Assembly: GCA_013265495.1 (NCBI GenBank) | Contig: MU061538.1 | Span: forward strand, 248,001 to 312,000 | DNA from: Vicugna vicugna | Lineage: Eukaryota | Reading direction: 5' to 3' | DNA length: 64,000 nucleotides | In this document: positions 36,701 through 50,795 of the stretch, one piece after another | How the letters are laid out: each line of letters begins with the position of its first letter | Numbering within the stretch: position 1 is the stretch's first letter | Notes under the pieces: model-generated | Seen by the model: the letters and a program-made list of their open reading frames with translations, nothing else | What the model was told of the DNA's origin: nothing | The model's database searches: none | Made by a program: the position numbers and the translations under genes

Positions 36701-39700
36701 TCTGGGGGGTTTAGGACCTGATGGGCCAGCGCTGCGGGGGAATCAGCGTGGTGCGTGCAGCAGGTGCGCAATGAGGCTCTTACCGGGTCGTCGTGACTCT
36801 GGCGGTCCTCCGCCCACTCCGGGTAGCACCCTCCACGTCCATCCACGCCCAGGACGCCCTGAGCAGGCGCGTGCGGGCTCCACGTCACGGCTCCATGCAG
36901 GGCACCCCACGAGACAGCCTCATCACCGTCCGACCCGCAGCATCTCTTCAGGTGTCCCCGAGCCTGGCGCTTGGAGACCTTATGCTCTCGTCGCATGTGC
37001 TCATGTCTGGACTTGGGTTTCTCGCCTGGCGTTGCCGTAGCAGCCATGTGCGCAGGCGTAGTTTCCGAGGTGGGACACGTGCTGGCAGAGAGCAAGGGGA
37101 CACACGGGGATGGGGAGGGGAGGGCCCTCCCGACCCGAGGAGGCACACACGCTGTGGGTTTTCTGGGCACACCTGTGGAGTGTGTGGGATCAAGGCTCTG
37201 TGACTCAAGGAGTTTCTCTACTTCTGCCAAAGACACCTGTAAAATCAGGTGACAAAGAATTACAAGCAAAGACGTAAAAGCTTTGAAGAATGTGCTCCCA
37301 CTCTCATTCTTGATCCTTGATACCCGGGTTTGCAGAAAGTGGAATGAGGTGGCCTCGCGGGAAGGGCATGGCCCAGGACGTGGCCCCCGCGGCCCGGCGC
37401 GTGCCCACTTCCCCGAGACGGGACTGTCCCTGGGTCTCCTTTCATGAGGACGCGCCCCTGTGGCTGGAGATGTGTCTCTTCTTCCTTCTCTGAGCTCCCC
37501 CAGCCCCGACCCTTGCTTCCCACGCCTCACTTTTCTTTACGTCCTTTGACCTCATCTATAAAGGGATGCCGGCCAGGACCCGGCTGTGGTGGAGCTGGTC
37601 AGATTCTCCGCTCCTCGGCACTGACTGTGGAAATACACCAAACAGACAAGCACCGTAGGCTGTGACAAGGGCGATGGTGGACCCCAAGTCCTGGGACTTG
37701 AGTCCGTGTCAGAGACACATCTGGGAAGGGAGTGGGGGTGGTCTCCGACACTCAGCTCAGACCGTGGCCGAGAGTCATTCTCCAAGGACGCTGCGAGGCG
37801 GGGAACTCGGGGTGGGCGGGGCGCGGTCGGCGTTTGCAGGCTCCGGGACTGATCTGCGAAGCTCGCCCCCTCCTCAGTGTGTCTGAAAGCTCCAGGCGGG
37901 GCTGAGCTCAGGCCTGTGCGACAGGAGACCGTGAGGTTTGCTGTTGTCTAGTGGGTATGCTCCTTGGCAGGAAGGCTCCAGTGCTCAGGCTGTGACGGAG
38001 CTGGTCAGTGGAGGGCTGTTGGTGGAGCGCCCAAGGGCGCCCGTGGTGCTGGGGCTAGCGCTCCCTGCCCCTTAGCATCGCCGCCCGTGCTCCGCGTCAG
38101 AGGTCACGGGAGAACTGGCACGGTGGGCTCCACCCAGACGGCCATTTAATTACCCACGGAAGCCGGTGACGCACGGATCACCGTTAATAACGTGAAGAGG
38201 TGCCCAGGCCTCACCGTGGAGACAGGAGAAGGAAGGGCCGGGCGCGGCCAGTCGCAGAGACTGGCTTTCGTCTGCTGCCCTTGGGTTGTACGCGGCCAGA
38301 AGCACCAAGGGGAGAGCGTGTCTCAGGCTATTCAGGCTGTGATTTAGGTTTGATGCTGACTGAACGGAAGGAGGGCCTTGGGACTTAGGGCTTCTTGGTC
38401 CAAAGAGGGTGGTCAAGGGTCCAGCTCTGTCACCAAAGCGGACCTTCTTGTCTGGCTGTTGTCAGCTCTGTAAGTGGTGCTGCACCCCCAGGCCTGTGAC
38501 ACCCGCCGAGCTCTGGCCTAACCGGCTTCAGTGGGAGGCGCCCGTCCCCACGGCACCCGCCTGCACCTTCCCCAGGTCCGATGGAGAAGTCCTTGCGGAG
38601 TGGTCTCCCAGGAGCTCAGAGCTTCTGCCTGGACCCAGGGCGTTGCCCCACTCAGCGGACATGCGCTTGCTCAGCTGCCTGAAGACGCCCATGGGGAGAG
38701 CACACAGCCTCCTGGCCGTGTCCCATGCCCGTCTCCGGGGGAGCCTCACCCCCCCTGCTCTGGCTCTCAGGGCAGCATCACTGTGGCTCCTTCCTGATTA
38801 AGCACTGTGAGAGACCGCAGTGCTGTGCAAACATTCCTGAACCTCTTAAATTAGGGCGCTTCCTGTGTGCTGGGCAGAAGCTGGGCAGGGGTAGCGGCCA
38901 TGTAATGTATAAATCATCGGAAAAAAGGCTTGAAAGTGAGCTGGGCATCCCTGCCCTTCAGCAGCAGGGAAGATGGAAAATGCCAGCATCTCGATGCAGA
39001 GGGCCGGCCCTGGGCGCGGTGGCTGTGCTCGCCGGGGTGCCCAGCCGCCAACCCCCGCCGCGGCTCCTGGTCAGCACCTGGCAGCAGGGGCAGCCTGGGC
39101 CTGTCTCCCCTGTGTGTGGCCAGCGATGAGAACTGTTTCAGTTTGGCGTGCTCGAACCCCACCTTTAATGGTGTTGGACAGTGATGCTTTGAGTTGTTGA
39201 AGCAGCTGTGAATTCAGCCTTCAGAAGGGCAGAACTCCGCACAGTGCGGGGCAGGTGTCCGCAGTGCCCAGGACGAGCTGCTGTTGGATCCACGGAGTGT
39301 CCCATCCCCTCCTGGTTTCTCACCTCCTTCCTGGCAGATTCCAGCATGGCGACTGTGCTTCCCTCCGGGGGCCGGGCCGTGGGGCGGGGACCGCTGATGG
39401 CGACCACACTGACTGGCCGGCAGGGTGGTCTCCCCCTCCGTCCTCCTTCAGGGCTGGTTCCCCATGAGCAGTCCTGGGTTTGGGTCACACGTATCCCTCC
39501 CTGCCCCCCAAGGAGGAAGAAGGAAGCCTCTGGATTCACCAGGAATGAACCCATCTCTCCTGGGCTGAGCCTTTCTCCTGGGGAGGGTGCCCTGCCCTGC
39601 CTTTCCTCCTCCAGGACCACCTGGGGTCTCGGGAGCCGTCTGTCTCCACCCCAAGGCTTCGGTCAGAGCCCTGCGGGTGTGGGAGCTGGGTGCCCAGGCC

Positions 39701-41249
39701 GGGCCCCCAGGGGCTGTGTCTGGACCACTTCGCGGCTGCTCATTCTCCCTTGTCCACCAGTATTCGTGCTGCACACTGTGGGCTGGGCGTGGCTTCCCGG
39801 GCAGTCTGTGTGCCTCCACGTGGCCAGGGCCACATGTGCTGGTGCGACGGGCACAGGGCCACCACTCTCCGCTGTGTGGGACAGGAGGCCGCCCCGGGGA
39901 CGGAGGCCTCAGCTGAAGCAGGAAAACGTTCCCGGGCGTCTGCCCTGGAGCCACCTGGAGGGCCTCCAGCAGGACAGCCAGTGCAGGTGTGGAACTCGGC
40001 ATCAGAGGGGGCACAACCAGTGCCCACCGGCCTCTGCGGAGTCACCGCGGGGTAGTCCACGTGTGTGGCTCCTGGGCCGGGGCAGGGCACAGGTTGGCCA
40101 GGCTGTCAGGCAGCTGCGCTCCGTGGTGGGGTATGCTGAGCAGGTAGGAAGGTGACCCTAACGGGCTGTTTCTGGGCTTCTGGCCAGCGGGGTGCACAGG
40201 AGAGAGCCCGAGGTTTGCCAGGACGGCTGTGGAAGGAGGTGGCGTCTCGTCTGCCCAGCGGATAAGAGGGTGGGGGGCGTCCACACAGAGGCAGAAACGG
40301 GAGGAAAGACACAAAGTTTGGGACCTAGACTCACTTCCCCAGATTTTGAGGGAAGTGCCCCGAAGGGGTGGGGGCTTCCTGTGAGAGTGACGCTGGCCGG
40401 GCAGAGGCCATGTTGTGGAGGAGGGTGTGCTGGGCGTGTTCGAGGGCTTTCTGCCAGTGGGCACGTGGCACAGGCCAGCCTTAGAGAGAGCGGGTGGGCA
40501 GCACCCAGTTGAAAAATGGGTGGGCGCTCTGGTGAGGGGAGGGCTCCTGGGGAGAAGCCTGCCATGGGTCCCCGACGCCGTTCCCTCCTGAGTTGAGGAG
40601 AAGGGACTGCGTGCGACTGTCACGTGTGTGTGGAGGCACGGAGTAGCGGCGAGTTGCGGTCTTGCCACGGCGACCCCGACGAGTGCCTGTGGCTGCGGCT
40701 GATTTGTGTTTGTGTCGTGTGCTTGGCGTGCTGGATTTCAGCCTGATCCTGACCACGGGCAGGCCTGCGGGCCAGTGTCGCGGCTGCCTTGTTTTGGAGG
40801 TGCTGGGAGGCACGCTTGGGTTTTAGAGCCCTTCTGGGCTGTACTCCAACCAGCGTTTTTCTGGGCCTTCAGAAAAGTCCTGCGCAGCTGGCCTCACGGA
40901 TCCGGATCCTTGACTGACTGGTGACTGTGCGTCTCTGTATGTTACTGATAAATTATTTATAAGGCAGAATTTTGTGTAGGAAGTCTCACTTCCCCGTGGA
41001 ATCCTTTAATAAGATCTGAGCGACGCTGAGAAGGCGGCCTCGCAGCACCGACGTGTAGCGTCTCGTCGAGCCTGAGGCGGCCTCCTGGCTCCCGGATCCT
41101 CCGCCTTGCTGGTTTGCTCTGCTTTGGGTTTGGGACGTCTGGTGGCTGTACTGTTGCGCATCTCTGAGTCCCGTGGACGGACAAACAGGCGTCTTGGCTG
41201 TTAGGCATGTAGGCATTCTTTTTCTCATCTGCAGATTCCAGTCCCCCAT

Positions 41250-41362
41250 GCCTGTGCGCACGTGCAGATGCACGTGCAGACCCAAATGCACACACATCCA
41301 GACACGCACACATGCACATGCAGACACAAATGCACACAAACACAGAAATGCACATGCATACA
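41250..41362. repeat. Degenerate (CA)n/TGCACA tract
   Basis: gcacgtgcagatgcacgtgcaga...aaatgcacacaaacacagaaatgcacatgcatacac. Confidence 0.8.
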
Positions 41363-44300
41363 CCGTTGCGTCCACCCCTGGCAGAGGTTGAAGGGGGTGT
41401 CACCCTCATCCCAAGGGAGGGGTGGGGTTCACTGGAGGGGCGTCACCCCTCCCTGGGCTCTTCTCAGCAAATCCTCCTCCCAGTCTGTGCCAAGCTGTGC
41501 GGTGCCCACGTTGTAGGTGGTCCGGGCAGTAGCAGCCCACTTCTCCAGTGTCCAGACAAGATGTTCTCGCTGTTGGTGAAGACGGTCTTAAGCGGACATT
41601 ACAGAAGCCACGTCGGTTTGTCCCGGAGACTGAGGGGGGCGTCGTGACCTCACGGCCCCCTCCCCTAGCTCAGGGGCGCCAGCCCTGGTGCCCGCTTCCC
41701 ACCTGCTTCCGCACGTCAGCGGCTGCCCTGCCGCCCCCGAGCGTCTGCCTGAGAAACCGTGGGCTCCCGGAGGCCTCTCTGCACGTTCTTGTTCTACCAG
41801 GCTGAGGTTTGGGGGCAGGTTCTGATCTGATAGGGTTTAGGATTTTCAGCATCGGAGACACTAGGCATCAAGGAGCGTTGGAGAGTAACGAACGAGTAAG
41901 CTTTAAGCCGGCCGTGGGGGCGGCTGTCCCGCTGGCTGGTCTCCTGTCGTCCCCGTGTCTCCTGCCCTCTGTTAGAACTGTTCGCTGACCCTCACTCCCT
42001 CCGCACAGTCTCCTTAGGGGACCATGACTTCTGCCAGGGGCTCCCGCTGGTCAGCCAGCACCACGTCCACCCAATGCCTGCTTGTCGGGGGGCTCTCGGC
42101 CGTGGCTTCTGGTTTAGGTGGCCCGTGAAACCACATCTCACAGTGTTTCCCTGCAGCTTGACAACCTGAACAGCAAGGGGCAAAAACAGGCAAGTAAGAG
42201 AAAGGGAAAACCACAGAGTGCGTGGTCCTGGGAAGCCGGGTGGTCCCACAGCAGTGGGGTTGTGTGGGGTCCCTCCTCATCCTCCTGGAAATGGGGTGCA
42301 GGGTGTCCCTCTGGGTGGAGACTCAGGCCAGAGTAGGAGGACGCTGAACACATGGAGTTACATTTCTGCAGTAGCCACTAGAAGTTTGACCAGAACGTCG
42401 ACAACAGGAGAAAGAAGAGGACTCTGGCAGAAGGAGGCCTGTGGAAAGCAGGGCCCCACGGGCAGCCGTCCCTGCCGAGTTCTCCCCTGGTCTGCGTGCC
42501 GGGGAGGGGGCCACGGCAGGGAGGCTGGGCGGCGTTTCTGGAAGAGTCTGAGGCTCAGGCACGTTTGGGAACAGGCTGTAACCGCAGAGGGAGTGAAGAA
42601 GACACCAGACCTGCTGCCTGGGCCGCGCCCGGTGACGTGGGCCTCGCCCCGGACTCCGCTTCCGGCGTGCTCCCCCGTTCTCAGTGTGCCGGCTCTTCCT
42701 TCTCAAGCTCCTCGCCCTGTCCTTGTTACCCGGTGACCCCGAGTGTCCGCTGCAGTCCAGGCGTCACATTTGTGGCAGAGAGGGGGGAGCAGAGACAAAA
42801 GGCATCTTTCCTCTTACTGCAAAGGAGGTGATTTCCACCCCAGCCCCTCACACCCTCCCCGGGTGCAGGCCCCTCGTTCAGTGTCCAGGACTGGTCACCG
42901 CCGACCCCCAGCTGCGTGTCCAGGTCTTCTAGCCTTGGTGGGAGCAGGAAGGGATGGCCCAGGTGCTGTGCCGGTGTCCCCACGCCACCTGAGACAGCCA
43001 GGTGGGGTGAAGGAGGGAGGCGTTCGGCCAGGAAGGTGGAAGAAGAACAAGGCCCTCAGGGAAGCCTAAGATGCGAGGAGCCTGTTCCTGAGGAGGAAAG
43101 GAGGACAGAGAGCAGACTGCATGCCAATCAGGGAAAAGAGCAAAAACACAAACACACAGAATCAGGAGCAGCAAGACCATCATTAAAACAGAGGCAGCGA
43201 GCGCTTCGCGGAGGCGCACAGACGCACGTGAAGTCTGGGTGTGGTCTGCTCTCTTCACAGGAGAACCGTATTAAGTCTGATCACGGACGGCGGGGGCGGC
43301 CTCAGCTGACGGCGCGGGTTGGCACACAGCCCGCCACCCCCACCCCGGGTACCAGGCTAGCTGGCTTCACGGTAAATTATTTCAGATCTTCAAGGAGTGG
43401 GTTATTTCTGTGCTGTGTAAACTATTCCAGAGGGCAGATAAATCCTGAAACCTTCCAAGTCAAGCATCATGCACAGTAGCTTACGAGGAAAACAGAACAG
43501 AGTCCGGAAAAAGGCTCAAGTACGCGTGGAGTTGGAGGATGAGGACGGTGGCTGTTAAAGCCACGGGAAGAAGACAAATTGTTCAATAAACTGTGTTCTA
43601 ATTGTTTGGGGGAAAAGTATTTGAGTTCTTATTTCTTATTGAGGCATGGAGAGAATGGCGTGGATGCTCTGGGACGTTAGCGTCAGTGAGAATCTGTGAA
43701 TGACCCGCAGCCTCCGGGGAAGCGTCAGTGCCATCCAGCCCTGTCCACAGGGGTGGACACCGAGCGCTGGTCATCACGGCCCTCCCTGGGTCAGTCTCTG
43801 TTAGACCCTCAGTCCCATGGGGCCAGTCCTTGGTTGAGGGGAGAGCTCAGTCCACAACAACATCCCCTGAGTGAGTGAGGACACGGCAGCCCCGCCTGGA
43901 CGCTGCCGTCCCGCACGGCTCTGCACGGGGACCCGGCGCCGGATCGGAGGACCAGGGTGTCCCTTGGATGAGAGGAAACGTCGTCGGCTTACGTGGACCG
44001 TGGTTGTGGCATCCCAGGTCAGCTGGGCAGAATGCAGCTGCCGTGTTCTGGTGGGTCTTGGTCTGAAGACGTGAGGCAGTGACCTGAGAAGGGTCCACTG
44101 GAAGGTCCCTGCTGGTGGTGATAAAGAGGGCGCAGATGGAGGAAGGCGGCCAGGAAGTAGGAGGAAGGGGACGCGGACCTGCCCGGCTCGGCCGCGGGAG
44201 GGGCACCGCTAGGCAGAGACCAGGTGTGGGGCCGTGGGGAAGCCAGCAGCTGCCCCCGCACGAGGTCCCCGCACACACTGTCCCCTCCACGCCCAGTTTC

Positions 44301-44597
44301 TCTCAGGGGGCATTCCTAAGAAGGGAGAGGGCATCCCTGCTCTGAGATCCTGGGGTCTCCTCTTGAGTCTGCCCCATGCGTGAACCTCTTTTTCCCCACG
44401 AGCTTGCCCCCCCAGGGCCTGAGCAGGGTCAACGCAGGGAGGCTGTGTGTCTGTGCTACTTTTGTGGAGTGACCGCAGATGCTGGCGGGAAGGGGAAGGA
44501 GGCCCCTGTGTTTCTCCCAAATACGCTCTGGTGAAGCCCCTCAGGGGTGTTCTTTCTGTGGGGAAACCAAAGCCTTAAGCAGGTTCTTTTGAAAAGG

Positions 44598-44692
44598 AGT
44601 GTACTCACGTGTGTGCCTGTGTGTCACGTGTGTGCCTGTGTGTGCACGGGTGTGCCTGTGTGTGCATGGATGCGCATGGGTGTGCGTCACGT
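44598..44692. repeat. Degenerate (TG)n tract with three copies of a ~18-20-bp unit cacgtgtgtgcctgtgtgt
   Basis: cacgtgtgtgcctgtgtgt cacgtgtgtgcctgtgtgtg cacgggtgtgcctgtgtgtg. Confidence 0.8.
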
Positions 44693-47514
44693 CGAGCCTG
44701 CTGTGGGCTCCTGTGGGAGGTTTTCGGATGCTCTGGGACGCTGAGTGTCAGGAGTGGACGGGTCCCCGCAGGAGGCAGGAGGCAGGAAGGGGAGAACTCG
44801 GAGAGAGAGCTGGGGCGTTGGTTTTACCTCCTGTGCGGTTTTTCCTGGACCAGCCGCATCTCCAGTGTTCCCTGTAACGCAGCGAGCCATATTTCTCATT
44901 TGTTTTCGGATCTGTTTTGGTGTACAAAGCGGGCATGTCCATTAAATACATTCCAGGGCTCAGGAAAGTTGAGGTGCTTGGTTTTCCAGGAGCAGAGGTG
45001 ATGGAAGTCAGCCCCGTCCGGTGGGAGTGGAAACCCGCGCCGTCTCCGTTCCTGATGGGGTCAGAGGCCCCGGTGCCGTCGGGAGGCCGAGGGCCTGTGC
45101 TGCCCGAGACCACTGGGGCTCGGTGGTCTGGGGGCTGCTCACTGTGGCCAGGCTGCATGCGAAGCCTGCAGTGTTGGCTTTGGAGTTAGTCCGCCCTCCT
45201 GTGAGCCAGTTTCTCAGTGCTGCCTCTTTTTGGAGCGTTTTAAACACTGGGCGCCTTTGCCTGGGGACGTCCTGGATCCCGGGGCCTGGCTGCACCTTTG
45301 GCAGGTTCCTTCCCTCTGCCGGCCGCAGACCCAGCAGCCGCCCCAGGCAGGAGCAGCGCCAGCTGAGGAGCCGTCCGGTCCGACCACGGCCACGGCGCCC
45401 CCACCCTCCCGATGGGCAGTCCTCCTGGATCTGTGCAGGGTCCTTTGTGAGAGCAGCACACGTGACTGTGGCCACGGGGACCTGCCAGGGATGGGAGTAG
45501 CTGTCCCCTCTCTGCTTCCTGAGGGAAAGTCCCGTGAAGGGAACCAGTTAAAACCTCCCCAACAGCTCACAGTACCGCACGGCCAGGCCCCTGCCCTGGC
45601 GGCCAGCCCAGCCTGGTAGCTGCAGCGACGTGTGTCCAGACTCAGTCCCCTGGACAGCGAGGGAGCCCAGGTGGGTCTGTGACAGACTCGTGTGTTGATT
45701 TTAGGTTCTCCCAGGATCAGTGCTCAGCACATATTTAAAGCACTTGGAAATAGGGTGGAATCGCTCCGGTTGGTCTGCTCGGGACAGTTGATTCCCGTTC
45801 ACCGGGATTGTGCCTCCACCTTTGTCCCTGGTTCTTGGTTTGGGGGGACACGAGGAATTCTGGATCAGATGGGCTCTTACCTGGGGAACCTCAGCTCAGG
45901 GAAGAACGACCGGACCCCCTGGATGAGTGGCGTCCGTCTCAGAAGCGGGCTTGTCTTGCCTCGGGACGACCCACACCGCGCGGAGCTGCGGGTGGCTGGA
46001 GCTGGGCAGGTGGCAGTCCATCCTGGGTTTGCGTGTCACCCACTTCTCTTTAGGGAGCGCGTGCTGTTTTCTGTCCGACACGCGACCGGACCGGATTGAC
46101 TGTCTGGCCCTCCTGGATTTCGGCCCCTGACCGGGACCTGCCCCCACCCTCCCTGATCTGTGCCATCCACTCGGCTGGGCCAGCCTCCCCAGAGCCACGT
46201 TGTGGGGTGGGGGGGGCGCTTGCTGTTGGGCGATATTGTTGGGGGACGTGCATCTCATTCATGGTTGACACCAGGGCGGGGGTGAGTGTCAGGAGCAGGC
46301 GAGAACACAGCTGCGGCTCCCGGGCACCTTCAGCTGCACAAGATGTCAAGCAGCAACAGCCCAGGTCTGCCTGCGCAGGGACGCCTGGTTCCCGTCACCC
46401 GGTCCGGCCAGAGGCACAGGGGACATGGTTTCACCTCCAAGCAATTGTCACCAGGAATCCAGGCTGCGTGGCAGGGTAGGGGTCACCGTCCTGGCCCTGA
46501 CTCTGCAGTGGACGTGGATGTGGACGTGCCCGCAGACCCCCACCCATTCGCGGAGCCGGGAACGTGGGGTTGCCATGGCGACCGGAGAGTGGGCTACTCA
46601 GCTCTCAGATGACAGAGGACCTTCGATTCCCACCAGCCTTTTATTTTTAGTGGAATGAGAGTGTCGTGTGAGGTGACCAGGAGGCAAGAGGGCCCTGACA
46701 TGCTGTGAGCCCTTGGATGCCCGTCCTGGACTCAAGCCGGGAGCTGTGGGCTCTGGTCACAGCAGGGCTGCCGGGTGCAGGACCCACACGCCCGCTTTGC
46801 TCACTGCACATGTCCTGAGTTCACGCGTGTCTACAGTGGACAGCAGGGTAACATCGATGCTGGGAGGTGAGTGTTGCCTTCCCAGTTCATGAGTGGTGAC
46901 TGCTGGGCCCCAGCAGGACGTTAGACCAACCCCCTGTCCCCGAGTGGTGGGTTCTGGGCGTCAGCCGGGAGACACTGCGGTGCTGGCCTCCGGACCTTGC
47001 CTGCCCGTTAGGGTTCTCATTTCAGCCAGAAGCAGAATTGTCTCCACGCTGTTTTTATACTGTTTCCCCCAAGATTTCAACAGTTTTCATCTCTGTATTT
47101 GTTATGATCAAGTCAGAATGTATTCACTTCACTCTCGATAATTTCACCTTCTTTATTTTAGAAAAATTTCTCACAAGCACTTGAAGAACATGTGAACTGT
47201 TGATTTTTTCCCTGCCAGGTAGCAAAGTAACTGAAACTGTCTTTCATAACAACAGGGTTGGTCGGGCAGAGTTGTAACTGGTTGGAAAATGATATAAAAT
47301 ATTGCTAATAGTGGTGCTAAACGTTAGTTGTCAGTTTCAAGGCAGATACCAGGACCGTGGCTCAGGAATTAAATGTGTTTTGTATCACATCCGAAAGCCA
47401 GACACGAGGGCAAAGCTGTAAGAAAGCAGTTTGAGATCCAATGTAAGAAATAAGCTTCACTTAAAATTTTTTTTCTGTAAGAATCTTTCTTTCAACACCG
47501 TGAGTGCCTGGGGG

Positions 47515-47700
47515 TTTGTCGTGTGTGCGCGCGTGTACATGTCTGTGTAAGTGCAGTACGCAGGCATCGTGTGCGTGTGTGCATGTGTGTGCTTATGTGT
47601 GCATATATGCAGGCATCATGTGCGTGTGTGTGTACTGTGAGCATGCGTGTGTGTGCATGTGCATGTACACGCATGTATGCAGGCACTGTGTACATGCAGG
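47515..47700. repeat. Degenerate (TG)n/TGCA tract
   Basis: gtgtgtgcgcgcgtgtacatg...tgtgcatgtgcatgtacacgcatg. Confidence 0.85.
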
Positions 47701-48223
47701 AAAAAGCACAACCTTGATTCTGGGGAAGGGGAGGCTGGCCCCCTTCTGCTCTGTGTGATTTATGTGTTGTTTTGATGATTTCCGTTTTCTTCAATACATG
47801 TACATTTCGCCTTCAGTTTATAAAATTATAAAAAGTATGCTCATTAGGAGTGTGGACAATGTGTAGCCGTGGAAATCAGAGCACATTCACGGTCATGCCT
47901 CCTGAAGACCCTGGCTCCTCATGTTGCCCGTCTGCACCCAGATACAGACGCACAGAACACCACACCCAGGTGCCCGCCCGCACCCACAGACGCACAGACC
48001 ACCACCACCCAGCTGTGGGCCCTGTTCCACTCACCTTGATAATATTATAGCATCTTTGTTATTGTAATAGTTTTGTGAATATTTTAATGACCATGAAACA
48101 TTTTGAGTTGACGTGTAATCATTTATTTAATAATTCATCTATTGTCAGGCCTATAAAAATGTTTTTATTTTTCACTTTTATGAGAAGTATACGGTGACAC
48201 ACGTGGGCATGACATTTAGGAAG

Positions 48224-48350
48224 GGTGCATGTGCACGTGCGTGTGTGCGTGTGCACATCCGTGTGTGCATGTCCATGCGAGTGCCTGTCCATGTGTGCAC
48301 ATCCGTGTGTGTGCAAGTCTGTGTGTGCACGTCCATGGGAGCGTGTACTG
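48224..48350. repeat. Degenerate (TG)n tract with repeated gtgtgcacatccgtgtgtg
   Basis: Direct inspection. Confidence 0.8.
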
Positions 48351-48633
48351 CGTCTGCACAAACCGTTGGGAGGATTTGGTGTATCTCGTCAAAGCAGAGT
48401 AAAATCACTTGAATTGGAGTGCATTCAGTAAATGTTGAATTTAGGAGTGAGCGGCCACTAATGAAAGGTGCCAGTTAGAGCTGCCACCTGCTTGGCAGGC
48501 ACATGACAGGGCAGCTCCCAGGCCCTGTGTGGCCCTTCCGCCCGAGGAGTGAACTTCCTCTGTCCTAAACCAAGGAAAGCCCCTTCCCTTCACCGGCCAC
48601 TTAGAAGTCGGGCTGGACGCTCCCATGGGTGGG

Positions 48634-48682
48634 GTGTGTGTGTGTGTATGTGCGTGTGTGTATGTGTGTGAGCACGCATGTG
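48634..48682. repeat. Interrupted (TG)n microsatellite
   Basis: gtgtgtgtgtgtgtatgtgcgtgtgtgtatgtgtgtg. Confidence 0.85.
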
Positions 48683-49194
48683 TTTTGTTTTATTTCTTGG
48701 TCTTACTGTTTTGAAATGTTTAAGTTCGTGGCACACATTTTATAATCAGGGTTCAAACAGCAGCTGTTTCCAGGTCTTTGGAGAAAGTGGAAGCCTGGCT
48801 CCTGCGTGGGAGGTGGTGCCCCCCATTTGGCTGCTCTCCACCGCCCTGCTGACTGGCATCTCCAGGGCATGGATGTGTCAGTGCCCAGGTCGGGATGCTG
48901 GCTGCGCTGGCCAGTCCCTCTCACCCCTGCGAGGTGTCAGGAGGGATGCCTGCTGCGGTCGTGTGCACGGGAAATGCGTGTCCCCGTCTGCATTTCCTTA
49001 GAGATGCTCCCAGGTCGGGAGGCCTCCCCTGCTCTCTCCTGCCTTCGCGGCCTTGGCAGGTCAGTCCTGCTGGCCTGGGCTCTCCTCCAGACCAGCACGC
49101 CTGGAGCCGAGTCGGGGTCCGGATCCAGGCATGTCGGCTCCAAATCTGAAGCCTCTGTGTCAGTCCGCCCAGACTCCGGACGGAACCCCAGCCT

Positions 49195-49485
49195 GGGCTG
49201 AACAGCAGGCGTTTTCTGTTCCCAGTCTGGGGCCCAGAAGCCCAAGGTCAAGGCGCTGCAGGGTCGTGTCTGGTGAGGACCCGGTTTTGTTTTGTAGATG
49301 GCGTCCTTCCCCGTCCTTGCCGGGCAGAGGGAGGGGCTCTGGTCTCTTCCTCTTCTTCTAAGGGTACTGGCCCCGCTATGGACGCTGTACCCTGGAGATC
49401 ACCTCCCCGAGGCCCCACCTCCCCAGACCATCCCCTGGGGGCTGGCGCTTCCAGGTGCACTTCTGGGACACAGGCAGCTCTCAGC
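49195..49485 (-). mobile_element. MaLR LTR (MLT1A-like)
   Basis: agaagcccaaggtcaaggcgctgcag...tctggtgaggacc...ctctggtctcttcctcttcttctaagggtact...cacctccccgaggccccacctccccagaccatc. Confidence 0.75.
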
Positions 49486-50699
49486 CCCCTCATTTCTCTC
49501 TGTCTCTCACCTCAGGGAAGCGGCCTCTAGGTCACCAGGAGACCCACCGCGGTCTCGCATGGCTATTTCCATGACGCTGGTGCCCTTCCCCTCTTCCTGC
49601 CTGGAAGTGCTGGCTTGAATTTAATTTTTGATGGGTGTTTATATTTTGCTACATGACCCAGAGGCTTAGGAGAAGTGTGCATGTTAAACAAATCTAATAC
49701 ATAAACCAGTCAATCTGCAAACGCGACCCAGCCCGGACGATGCGTTTTTAATGAATCTCAATGGCACACAGGCCTGTGTCATTACTGCAGGGAAACATGC
49801 AGTTTTATCCTCACAGGCGGAGGGGGTCTCGGGAAGTCCTGCTCTGCCAAGCAGGCCAGTGTGCCTCGGCAGATGGGAGGTGGTGTTTTCCCGGGGGTCG
49901 GGGTGGGCCCTGTCCGACGGCACTGGAGGCGCCAGGCGGGTGGCAGCAAGGCCCCTCTCAGTCTGCACAGCAGCCGCACAGGGTCCTGCCTGACCCTCAG
50001 GGGAGTGGCACCGAGGGTTTGTAGGGCAGTCCTGACCGTCATGGATTCGGGCTGCAAAGCTCCTTCCTATCCACCACAGTAGGTCCAGTCTGGAAAGCTC
50101 CCTTAGCCAGTTTATTGATGCGGGTGGGGAGGGCGAGGCCTGTTCTTCATAAGGAGACTCTGTTCTCTCTCAGGAGACCTGCTCCGGGCTCTGCTTTGGC
50201 TCAGGTGGGGGCGGCCCACGTGCTCTCCGACAGCGTGGGAGAGATGCCTCCTCACACCAGATCAGTGAGGCCCCACCAGCCACACGCTCCTGGTCAGGCG
50301 ACCAGGCTCCGCCCCATCAGCCAGTGAGCCGGGCCTCCTGGGGTGCAGGCCTGAGGGCTCATCCCTGCTAGGCCCGCAGAACACGTGGAGCAGCTGGGAG
50401 GGGGGCTCTGCGCTCTCTGTCAAAGATCAGACTTCCTGTCACGTGAGTCCCTGTGTCACGTTTCCGTGGGAACCTCGATCACAGGATGGAACACGTTTTG
50501 TCTAATATGACGCTCACAGCACAGAGGAGGGACCTGGTCACCTGAAAGGTGATGCCACTGCCCAGGACACGCAGCCTGTGACCACCTGCCCCCTGCCCCA
50601 CCCCCGCGGGGCCCACCCGTGCAGCTCGTCTGTTGTATCAGCCACACGCAAGCTCAGAGAAAGGTTAGTTTCCGTTAGACACTCACACGCACCCTCCCC

Positions 50700-50760
50700 C
50701 ACACACAATGAACATTCGCACACACGTGCATGCACACACACGCATGCACACACACACACC
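50700..50760. repeat. (CA)n-rich tract
   Basis: gcacacacgtgcatgcacacacacgcatgcacacacacacac. Confidence 0.8.
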
Positions 50761-50795
50761 AGACGGCGCAGTGTACCTCTGCAAAAACGTGTCGG

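Noticed and set aside
36478..37530. 350-aa minus-strand ORF (also 39208-40155, 17468-18250, 998-1744 and most other track ORFs)
   Set aside because: Pro/Arg/Gly/Ala-rich with no recognisable domain, and overlapping in several frames. This is expected from stop-codon scarcity in GC-rich intron.
39068..39090. Possible REST/RE1 site (tcagcacc...)
   Set aside because: Left half-site only, with no GGACAG right half at the proper spacing.
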